Position numbers and translations under genes: made by a program. 64,000 nucleotides of DNA from Vulcanimicrobiota bacterium. Lineage in GTDB: Bacteria > Vulcanimicrobiota > Xenobia > Xenobiales > JADMJV01. The notes beneath the pieces are model-generated. The model worked only from the letters and a program-made list of their open reading frames with translations, had not been told where the DNA came from and ran no database searches. The stretch spans positions 1,902,884 to 1,966,883 of the forward strand of contig JBFWNU010000001.1 in the NCBI GenBank assembly GCA_050250895.1. Reading direction: 5' to 3'. This document shows, piece by piece, positions 1-8,103 of the stretch; position 1 is the first letter of the stretch, and each line of letters begins with the position of its first letter.

Positions 1-139
1 GTGGCGCTACGAGCGCAACGGCCAGTCCGAGAACTTCGTCTTCGTGCGCGAGATCGAAGAGACCCGCGTCCGCGAGACGGCCGTGCTTCGTCGCGATGCC
101 GGCCGTCAAGAGTTCGACTTCAAGCGTTGCACCTGGTAG
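1..139 (+). CDS. possible 3' end of a gene entering the window (WRYERNGQSENFVFVREIEE...KRCTW*)
   Basis: Frame starting at position 2 is open to TAG at 137-139 with GC3-rich codons; not in the ORF track. Confidence 0.35.
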   Translation, partial: WRYERNGQSENFVFVREIEETRVRETAVLRRDAGRQEFDFKRCTW

Positions 140-2451
140 GCACGCTGTTCTCTCTCGCTGGCCTTCAGGCGCCGGCTAAGCCAGCGGAAGGTCGCCAGGG
201 CTACCTCGGGGTGGCTTTTCACCAGGGCTTCGAAGTCGCTTCTCGCCAGGGATAGCAACCGGCTTGGTTGCTGGGCTTCGAGAGGTTGGCCGTGGTGACC
301 GTCGAGCAGGTCGACCAGTCCCACCACTTCGCCGGGGCCGCTGTGGTCGATCATGCCCGAAAGAATCAGATAGAGTTTGCCCGCTGGAACAGGCCTATCT
401 GGGGTAAAGCCTTCTTCGAAGGTCAGTCTCTCGATCTCTTCGAGAACCTCCAGGCCGAGTTGGCCAAACAGTTCGAGGCGGCGCAGGGCCAGCAGCCGTT
501 CGACTTCGAGTCGGGGGGGATGACTGGCGGCCCAGCGGAGAAAGCGATCAGAGGATTGGCGGCAAAGGCGTTCGATGGCCGCTGCCTCGGTGGGCACCTC
601 CAGCCCCTCGACCTCTTTGAGCCTCTCTTCCAGAGGCGAATCCTCGAGCAGCAGCACCAGCAAGTCGCAGGCCCGGCGGTCTCCCAGGTTGGACAACACC
701 TCGAGGGCGTCGGCCCGGCCCGACGACGAGGCCACTTTCAGGGCCATCGAGACGCGACCCACTACGACCTCGCCTTCGAGTAACTCGAGGATGCGAAAGG
801 CCAGGCGCCGATTGCGTCGGGCTCGGTCCTCGAGGGCGCAGATGAGGAACTCGTGCTCGATATGGCGGCTCATGATTAGATCCGCCCAGGCTTCGCGCAC
901 CAACCGCTGCAACTCGTTGACCACCAGAGCCCGGCCGGATACCGGTTCGGCCGCTACCACCGCCGCCAGGGCGGCGCTCACGGTCGACTCCTTCTCGGCG
1001 GTCAGATAGGCTTCCGCGGCCGCCAGGCCCTCGTCACCTCGACCGGCCAGGGCGGCCACCGCGGCCGCCCGCACCCTCGGAGAGGAGTCGTCGAGGGCTT
1101 CGGCCAGTCGCAAGCAGGCCAACGGGTCGGGGTCGTCAGCCAACTCTGTCAGACCCTCGTCGGGGCGAGGCCGGGCGGGTTGGTCGACCATCTCGAGCCC
1201 CGGCCCCAGCCCCTCGACCAGAGTGGCCAGATAGGCCTTGCGAACGCCCACGGCTCCTCCCAGATAGGCGGCGGCAAACAGGCCACCGGCGGGCACGATC
1301 CAGCGCGGGTCAAAGCTTTGCAAGGCCATCAACATCAGGCCGTCGGCAGCATGAGCCACCGAGCCCAGCACCCCCTGCACCACCCCGCGGAGGCGGCCTC
1401 GCAACCGCCTCGGAAAGGCATTGAAAATCAGGGTTCGAGTGGGGGAGGCCAGGGCGTCTTGTAAGGTGCGCCGGTGCATCCAGGCTAGCATGGCCACCCC
1501 CAGCGCGCTGTTGAAGCCGATGGCCACGAACACCACCAGGCTCAACAGGGGATGGATCAGGTTGGTCTGGGCGACCCCGAACCGGCGTAGCAACCAGGGC
1601 GTCAGGCGGGCCCCGATGACCAGCTCGAGCAGGTTGGTGACCGCCAGGAAGATGCCCAGAAAGGCGGCCAGGCGCTCGGTGCTGGGGAAATGCTCGACGA
1701 AGATGGCCGAGGTAAGGTATTGCAGCATCCCCATGGCGACGATCATTCCCATCACTGCCACCACCAGGGAGCGACCCAACAGCGAGCCCCGCAAATAGGT
1801 CAGGCCGCCTTTGAACGAGACCCACCCGCTGACGGCTTCGTGCTCAGGTTGGTGCGGATTCCAACGCAGCAGCCGGCTCCGTCCGGCCATGATCCAGGCG
1901 GCCGAGACGGCCAGCGTCACCAGCCATAGACCGAGCAGCGCCAGGGTACCCTGGTTGCTAACAGCAGCCGACAGCAAGCCTCCGCATAGCTCGCCCAGGG
2001 TGGCGCCGACCCCGAACAGCGGCACCATGCGCTTGATCGAGAAGGTATCGAAGAACTCCGAGACCAGGGTGTAGAAGTGGCTGTAAAACAGAGAAAAGCT
2101 AGCCCAATAGAGGCAGAAAAGGGCAGAGTAAGCCCAGCTGATCTGGCGCACGACCAGCCAGGCCAGCAGTCCCAACAATCCCATGCAGCTGACCAGCATC
2201 ATCACCAGTAGCTTCTCGTGCCGAAATCGCCCCACCGCACTGGAATAGACGGCCGAAACCACGGCCGTCACGGCCGAGGCGAGCAACAGGGTCGCCGGCA
2301 AGGCCTCGACCCCCAATTGCGCCAACAGCAACGCTTCGGCCACCGTCGATCCGACCGCAAGCCCCACCAGCAATAAGCCGATGAGCACGAAGAAATAAAC
2401 GAACCGCTGGCGTTCGCCCGCTCTTACCGTGGGAAAGAGCCAGGCCGTCAT
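106..2451 (-). CDS. Npt/TLC-like MFS transporter fused to HEAT repeats and a C-terminal cyclic-nucleotide-binding domain
   Basis: About 12 hydrophobic segments in the N-terminal half (SEFFDTFSIKRMVPLFGVGATLG); HEAT-like LDDSSPRVRAAAVAALA; cNMP-like LYLILSG..GEVVG..LLSLARSDFEALV. Confidence 0.75.
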   Translation of the reverse strand: MTAWLFPTVRAGERQRFVYFFVLIGLLLVGLAVGSTVAEALLLAQLGVEALPATLLLASAVTAVVSAVYSSAVGRFRHEKLLVMMLVSCMGLLGLLAWLVVRQISWAYSALFCLYWASFSLFYSHFYTLVSEFFDTFSIKRMVPLFGVGATLGELCGGLLSAAVSNQGTLALLGLWLVTLAVSAAWIMAGRSRLLRWNPHQPEHEAVSGWVSFKGGLTYLRGSLLGRSLVVAVMGMIVAMGMLQYLTSAIFVEHFPSTERLAAFLGIFLAVTNLLELVIGARLTPWLLRRFGVAQTNLIHPLLSLVVFVAIGFNSALGVAMLAWMHRRTLQDALASPTRTLIFNAFPRRLRGRLRGVVQGVLGSVAHAADGLMLMALQSFDPRWIVPAGGLFAAAYLGGAVGVRKAYLATLVEGLGPGLEMVDQPARPRPDEGLTELADDPDPLACLRLAEALDDSSPRVRAAAVAALAGRGDEGLAAAEAYLTAEKESTVSAALAAVVAAEPVSGRALVVNELQRLVREAWADLIMSRHIEHEFLICALEDRARRNRRLAFRILELLEGEVVVGRVSMALKVASSSGRADALEVLSNLGDRRACDLLVLLLEDSPLEERLKEVEGLEVPTEAAAIERLCRQSSDRFLRWAASHPPRLEVERLLALRRLELFGQLGLEVLEEIERLTFEEGFTPDRPVPAGKLYLILSGMIDHSGPGEVVGLVDLLDGHHGQPLEAQQPSRLLSLARSDFEALVKSHPEVALATFRWLSRRLKASEREQRAYQVQRLKSNS

Positions 2452-4184
2452 GGCTCTTCCTCGAGCAGGGGAAGGCTGAGGGCGAAGCGATTACCCTGGT
2501 GGACGGGCGTATACTCCAACCGTCCCCGGTGGGCCTTGAGCACCACTGCCACGACCGCCAATCCCAGACCCGGGCCAGAGTTCGGCGCCGAGCCCTCTTT
2601 CGGATAATCCGGGTTGAGCAGGTGAGGCTGAAGGGTAGGGTCGATGGTGGTGCCGGCGCTGAGCAGGTCGATGATGGCTCGACCTCCGTCCACGGTCAGG
2701 CTGAGGGTCACCGTTTCATACGAGTAGCGCAGGGCATTGTCTAGCAGATTGTCCAGGGCCAGGCGCAGCCAGCGAGCATCGGCCTGAACGCGGGCGGGCG
2801 TGGTCAGGGTCAGGTCGAGGCGTTCCTGATCGGCCAGCGTTTTGACCAGGGGCTCTAGCTCGATCGACTTCAAGGTGGGGCCGGGCAACTTGCCGGTCAG
2901 CAGCAACAGATTGTCGCGAACGCGGGGGTGGTCCAGGTTTTCGGCCAGTTGTCCCGCCAGTCGCTCGAGGCTGGCCCGGGTGTTGTGCTGGCTGGTCACG
3001 TCGCGGGTCAGTAGAATGCTGCCGAGTTCGGAGTGCTGGCTGCGCAGGAAGGTGCGTGCCAGCTCGAAGCGGTGGCCCCGACGTTCCCACGAGGCACGCT
3101 GCACCAGACGGCCCGGTTGCTTCTGTCCCGCCAACAATTCGTCGGCCACCTGCGAGGGTAGCAGTTCGGCCAGCTTGCGCCCCTCCATCTGCGCAGTCGA
3201 GACACCCAGCGCGAAGGCGGCCGCCGGATTGCTCATGGTCACTCGACCGTCCTGGTCGAGCGCGACCAGTCCGTCGAGGTTGCCCCGAAAGACCGTCTGC
3301 ATCTGCAACTTGGTTTTTTCGAGTTGCTCGACCGGGTTGGCCATGCGACCCACCAGCGGCACCGACACGATCAGGGCGAGTACCAGCGCGGCCAGGCCCA
3401 GCAGGCCGAAGTTGCGAGCGGTGTGACGAAGCGAGGCCATCGCCTGGGAGCGGTCGCGGGCCACCACCAGTCGGACGGGCCCGGCCAGAGCTATCTGCAA
3501 GCCCTGAAAGTCTGCCTGGCCAACGCGAAAGTCAAAGGGCGAATGGCCCTTCTTCGGCCCGGAGCCCGGTCGTGGGGCACCGGGCAGGGTCGAGAGCATG
3601 ACCGCTTCGCCGGCCAGGATTACCTCGGTCTGGGTGTCCGAGGCCAGCCGGTCAACCCATTGCTGGTCGAGGGCTTGTCCCAGAGCCAGCCCGCCGCCCA
3701 CATAGTCGCTGCCGCTGGTGACGGGCACCGTGATCACCCGATAGAGCTGGCCGTCGAGCTCCCAGTAGCGGGCGGCGGTATAACCCTCCAGGCTGTAGCG
3801 GAAGCGCTCCCTGAGATCCTCGCCCAGCCGCTCGGGAGCGTCGCTGCGCAACTGCACCTCGCCCTGGGGACCGACCACTACCATCAACTCGACCCCAAGA
3901 CCCTCGCGCATGGCCAGCACCGAGTCGGCCAGCGTCGGCTGATCGCCCCAGCGAAAGACGTTGCGAAAGCCGGGGCTCTCTTCGAGCGAGCGAGCCAACA
4001 CCTCGAGGTGATCGAAGGCCCGCTCTTCCGAGGTGCGAAAGGTCGAGGCTGCCGTAGCCAGGCTGCGCTCGAAATCGCCCGAGATGCGCTGGCTGGCGTC
4101 GCCAAACAACAACAGCAAACAGCCGCTCAACACGACCACCAGCAGTCCCCCGATGAGGCCTAGCAGTTTGCGACGAAGGCCCAT
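2448..4184 (-). CDS. membrane sensor histidine-kinase-like protein (Cache-like sensor, PAS, degenerate HisKA/HATPase)
   Basis: Two TM helices; PAS DGLVALDQDGRVTMSNPAA; N-box LDNLLDNALRY; G2 GPGLGLAVV. ATG at 4184 preferred over 4316. Confidence 0.7.
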   Translation of the reverse strand: MGLRRKLLGLIGGLLVVVLSGCLLLLFGDASQRISGDFERSLATAASTFRTSEERAFDHLEVLARSLEESPGFRNVFRWGDQPTLADSVLAMREGLGVELMVVVGPQGEVQLRSDAPERLGEDLRERFRYSLEGYTAARYWELDGQLYRVITVPVTSGSDYVGGGLALGQALDQQWVDRLASDTQTEVILAGEAVMLSTLPGAPRPGSGPKKGHSPFDFRVGQADFQGLQIALAGPVRLVVARDRSQAMASLRHTARNFGLLGLAALVLALIVSVPLVGRMANPVEQLEKTKLQMQTVFRGNLDGLVALDQDGRVTMSNPAAAFALGVSTAQMEGRKLAELLPSQVADELLAGQKQPGRLVQRASWERRGHRFELARTFLRSQHSELGSILLTRDVTSQHNTRASLERLAGQLAENLDHPRVRDNLLLLTGKLPGPTLKSIELEPLVKTLADQERLDLTLTTPARVQADARWLRLALDNLLDNALRYSYETVTLSLTVDGGRAIIDLLSAGTTIDPTLQPHLLNPDYPKEGSAPNSGPGLGLAVVAVVLKAHRGRLEYTPVHQGNRFALSLPLLEEEP

Positions 4185-4282
4185 GGGGTGGGATACGTGG
4201 TCAAACTTGCGGCGGCCTGCCCTCGCGCCCAGTTCATAAATTGCTAACCAAATCCCACCCGGTCTTGTGCCTACCATGCCGT

Positions 4283-5983
4283 ATGAGGATTTCCGGTCCC
4301 AGGTTGGCGACCCCACGCCCCGCCACCCAGGCCCCCCCGCCCCGGTGGTCGGTGCTGCTCGATGGCGATTGCTTCGTTCCCTCTGGCGATGAGGCCAGGC
4401 TGCATGTTGCCCGCCGGCCGGCCGGCCAGACCCTGGCCGATTTTGTCAAGCAACAGACCGCCAGCTATCCTAGCGCCCACACGATGATTATCAGCGACCG
4501 CCCGGCCGCTGAATTGGCCGGCGAACTACCGCAAAAGGTCGATCTGCTCCACCTTTTGGGCGAAGGCGGCCAGCGGGCCGACCGAGTTTTTGCCTTGCGC
4601 GACCGGGCTCGCTTCGTGACCGGCGCCAGCGGGCCCAGCCGCACGGCTTTTCCGGGCCAAGAGTTGGCCGAGGTGCTAGGGCGATCTCCCCAGCTGTCGC
4701 CCGAAGAGCTGGCCCGCAAGGTGGTCTCGCGCTATGCGCTGGCCGCCTCACCTGACAGTATGGTGGCCACCGAGTCGAACCGGCTGACGGATGCGGCTCC
4801 CACCCTGAGGGTGCTGGTGAAGGCCATTCTCGAAGAGCAGTCCCCGCGCGAACGACTCTACACGCACTTGATGCGCAGCTGTCCCATGCGGCCCCACCAG
4901 ACCCTCGAGGCCGGCTATGACGACCGCGATCTGGGTACCTTCTTGCGAAATCTAGCCGAAGACAAGGGCCTGGGCGCGCGGGTCAACCTGGCCGCCCGCC
5001 AGGCCGCCCGCGCTGTCGACGAGAGCATGGTCAGCCTGCACGAGGGTCAGGGTCGCACCTCGACCGGCTTGTCGGGCTATCTGCCCTGGCACGAGCCGTC
5101 CAGACTCGAGGGCGAATTCGCGGCCCAGACCGGCTGGAATCTGCTGCTCGATTACATCTATGCCAGCCAGGCGCAAGCCCCCTCGCAGCCGCACCCCGAG
5201 CCAGAGCCTTTGGGTCTGGGGCAACGTCTGGGCAAAGCGGCCATCTATGAGTACAAGAAGTACGTCTCGCCCTATCTGGGTGGCTCGTGCGCTTATGACC
5301 CCAGTTGCTCTCAATACACCCGCGAGGCCATCGAAGAACACGGCCTGGTCGAGGGCTCGAAGCTGGGCTTCATGCGGTTGATCAGCTGTAACGGCCACGG
5401 CGGGGGTGGGCACGACCCGGTGCCCCACGCGCACGACCATTGCCAAGAGGAGCATGCCCACCATCCTCAGCCCCTGCCTCAACTCTGGCTGCAGCCGCCC
5501 AGCGCACCCGCCCGCTCCCAACCGGTCCGTCGCCTGCATCAGGCCTTGTTCGGTGCCGCCGGGGTGGTGGGTGCAGTCGCCGGCGGCCTGGCCGGTGGCC
5601 TGGTCGGCTTGGTGGCGGGGGCCGGCCTGGGAGGCACCGTCGGTTGGAAGGCCGGCAACGGGTCCCTGCCGGACTTCGAGGCCGGGCTGCGCGACAAATA
5701 CGGTCCCCACAAGCAAGAGAGTTTCTCGAGTCTGACCCATCTGCTCACTGTTCCAGGCGCTCGCCTGGGCAGTGTCCTGGGTAGCAACTGGTTGGCCGGT
5801 TTCGGTGGGGCCTTGGCCGGGGGGCTGATGGGCGCCCTGGGCGGAGCCTTTCAGAATGGTCGCTGGTTCGCCGAAATGGGCAAACTCTACGGCCAGCATC
5901 GAGCGATGGATGCGGTAGGCGAGCTTCCTACTCATTACCACACCGCCCAGATCCTGGCCCGCGACTATCATGAATCCGTTTAG
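4283..5983 (+). CDS. degenerate clostripain-like domain fused to a YidD (membrane insertion efficiency factor) domain and a Gly-rich hydrophobic C-terminus
   Basis: YidD motif YKKYVSPYLGGSCAYDPSCSQYTREAIEEHG..RLISCN; C11-like segments DLGTFL, GLSGYLP, FAAQTGW. Confidence 0.65.
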   Translation: MRISGPRLATPRPATQAPPPRWSVLLDGDCFVPSGDEARLHVARRPAGQTLADFVKQQTASYPSAHTMIISDRPAAELAGELPQKVDLLHLLGEGGQRADRVFALRDRARFVTGASGPSRTAFPGQELAEVLGRSPQLSPEELARKVVSRYALAASPDSMVATESNRLTDAAPTLRVLVKAILEEQSPRERLYTHLMRSCPMRPHQTLEAGYDDRDLGTFLRNLAEDKGLGARVNLAARQAARAVDESMVSLHEGQGRTSTGLSGYLPWHEPSRLEGEFAAQTGWNLLLDYIYASQAQAPSQPHPEPEPLGLGQRLGKAAIYEYKKYVSPYLGGSCAYDPSCSQYTREAIEEHGLVEGSKLGFMRLISCNGHGGGGHDPVPHAHDHCQEEHAHHPQPLPQLWLQPPSAPARSQPVRRLHQALFGAAGVVGAVAGGLAGGLVGLVAGAGLGGTVGWKAGNGSLPDFEAGLRDKYGPHKQESFSSLTHLLTVPGARLGSVLGSNWLAGFGGALAGGLMGALGGAFQNGRWFAEMGKLYGQHRAMDAVGELPTHYHTAQILARDYHESV

Positions 5984-7334
5984 CTTTTCTGGCCCCATTT
6001 CGCGGGGGGCCTACGCCGGTTGGGGTTGCGCCCTGATGGCGGTCAAATACAACCTGGACCGGTTGGTCGCCTGGCTAGCCTTCGGTCTGCCCTGGGATCC
6101 CACATCTTACTTGCGCTTCGACACGCCTATCCGCCGTCTGGACCAGAGCGATCGGCTGCAATTTTACACGGCCATGTTGTTGTTGGCCCTGCCTTTCATC
6201 TGGGTGGGAGTCTCTCTGACGGTGCGGCGACTGCGAGCGGTGGGGGCTTCGGGGCTGTGGGTCTGCTTGTTCTTCGTGCCCATTCTCAATTTGCTGCTGT
6301 TCTTGTCGATGTGCTTTGTACCTGACCAGGACGAGCCCGAGCCTGGACCGCTGGGAGCCGAGCCGGCCACCCCAGCCAATAGCTGGCTGCCCGAGAAGCC
6401 GGTGGCCATCGCGGCCACCGCGGCTCTGCTGTCCACCGGTGGCGGCATCGCTCTGACGGTGTTGGCGGCCAACTTCCTGGAGAATTATGGCTGGGGCCTG
6501 TTCGTGGGGGTTCCCTTCGTCAGCGGTTTGACCGCCTCGCTGATTCTCAACTGGAGGGCCCGCACCAGCCTGGGGCGGTCGCTAGGCGTCGGTATGCTCT
6601 CGGTCTCTCTGATTGGAGCGGGGCTACTGGTGCTGGCAGTGGAGGGCGTGATCTGCTTGCTGATGGCCGCTCCTATCGGCCTTCCGCTAGGAGCCCTGGG
6701 TGGCGCCCTGGGCTATGCCGTGTCGAATGAGCGGCCCGATGCCGGGCGCCCGGCCGCCAGCCTGGTCCTGTGGTTGGCCCTGCCGCTGCTGATGGGAGCA
6801 GAAGCCCAGGCGCCAGATCCGGCGCCGGCCTTGCCCTGCGTGACCAGTGTGGTGATCGATGCGCCTCCCGAAGTGGTCTGGCCACTGGTGGTGGCCTTCC
6901 CTGATTTGCCGCCCCCCAAGCGGCCGCTGCTTCGCACGGGCGTGGCTTATCCGGTGCGGGCCAGGATCGAGGGGCAAGGCGTGGGAGCGACTCGCTACTG
7001 CGAGTTTTCGACCGGACCGTTTGTCGAGCCGATCGAGGTCTGGGACCCGCCTCGGAGACTGGCCTTTTCGGTCTCGTCCCAGCCTGTACCGATGGACGAG
7101 TGGAGTCCGTACGCGGCTATCCATCCGCCCCACCTGGACGGAACCCTGACATCGGAGCGGGGCCAGTTCTTGCTCGAGCGCCTGCCTGGAGGCAAGACAC
7201 GCCTGGTGGGAACGACCTGGTATAGTCTCGAGATGTGGCCTGCGAGCTATTGGAGGGGCTGGTCAGACCAGCTCATTCACGCCATTCACTCTGAGGTGCT
7301 CGAGCATATCAAACGCGAGGCCGAGAAGGGTTAG
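5970..7334 (+). CDS. DUF805 membrane protein fused to an SRPBCC/START-like domain
   Basis: VSLTVRRLRAVGASG..LFFVPILN (DUF805); VVIDAPPEVVW..IEVWDPPRRLAF (SRPBCC). Confidence 0.75.
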   Translation: MNPFSFSGPISRGAYAGWGCALMAVKYNLDRLVAWLAFGLPWDPTSYLRFDTPIRRLDQSDRLQFYTAMLLLALPFIWVGVSLTVRRLRAVGASGLWVCLFFVPILNLLLFLSMCFVPDQDEPEPGPLGAEPATPANSWLPEKPVAIAATAALLSTGGGIALTVLAANFLENYGWGLFVGVPFVSGLTASLILNWRARTSLGRSLGVGMLSVSLIGAGLLVLAVEGVICLLMAAPIGLPLGALGGALGYAVSNERPDAGRPAASLVLWLALPLLMGAEAQAPDPAPALPCVTSVVIDAPPEVVWPLVVAFPDLPPPKRPLLRTGVAYPVRARIEGQGVGATRYCEFSTGPFVEPIEVWDPPRRLAFSVSSQPVPMDEWSPYAAIHPPHLDGTLTSERGQFLLERLPGGKTRLVGTTWYSLEMWPASYWRGWSDQLIHAIHSEVLEHIKREAEKG

Positions 7335-7783
7335 AGGGGGAAGGTCTCGATCAACCCGACCTTCCAGGTCTGGCCTTCACGAAAGACTTTGAAGGTCAGC
7401 TTGGAGGGGTCCACGCCATCCATGGTCACCTGGGCCGATTTGTTGTTGCTGGAAACGGTCTTGAACTTGCCCTGGGCGAAGACGTCGGCCTTGGAGCTGG
7501 TGCGGAAGGAGTCCCAAAAGCCGCGCTGGGTCTGAGGCGAGTTGGACTCGAACATTTTGCGCACTTTGGTGACATCCATCTTCTCATCCTTGGCCACGCG
7601 GGTGATGATGGTGTCCTGGCTGTGCTTTGAGAGCAGACTCCAGGAACCGGCGTAGTTCTTGGAGCTGACCGCCGCCCAGAAGGCCTGGACCGCGCCCGAG
7701 GGCTTACCTTCCTGGGCGGTTGCGGAGGCGGCTAGAAACAGCGTGAGAACGAGGGGAAGAGCGATGCGAGAAATACTATGCAT
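7331..7783 (-). CDS. secreted hypothetical protein (NTF2-like fold possible)
   Basis: Signal peptide RIALPLVLTLFLAASATA; C-terminal REGQTWKV. Confidence 0.6.
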   Translation of the reverse strand: MHSISRIALPLVLTLFLAASATAQEGKPSGAVQAFWAAVSSKNYAGSWSLLSKHSQDTIITRVAKDEKMDVTKVRKMFESNSPQTQRGFWDSFRTSSKADVFAQGKFKTVSSNNKSAQVTMDGVDPSKLTFKVFREGQTWKVGLIETFPL

Positions 7784-8103
7784 GACATGCCGGATTCGAC
7801 TTAGACGGTTGCCAACCTCCGCCGGGTGGGTGAGACCACCGGTAAAGAACTCGGTCGACACGCTCGGTAGCCCACCAGTAAAACCAGAATCCGAAGATGA
7901 CTGCAGGGATGATCATGGGCGCTCCTATCTCGCGGGGACGAAGGGGGGCTGGTCGGAGGCGGTCGTTCGCCCCCACTCGGGGCGACTGAGATTATTGTAG
8001 GATAGGGTTTCGTTGATTCGCATGACAGTCTTTGACAGTAACCTTGTCGGTCGCTGCGCCAACCTCTTTAGTGGGAGGCAAGAAGTCGGCCTGAGGCGAA
8101 CCC

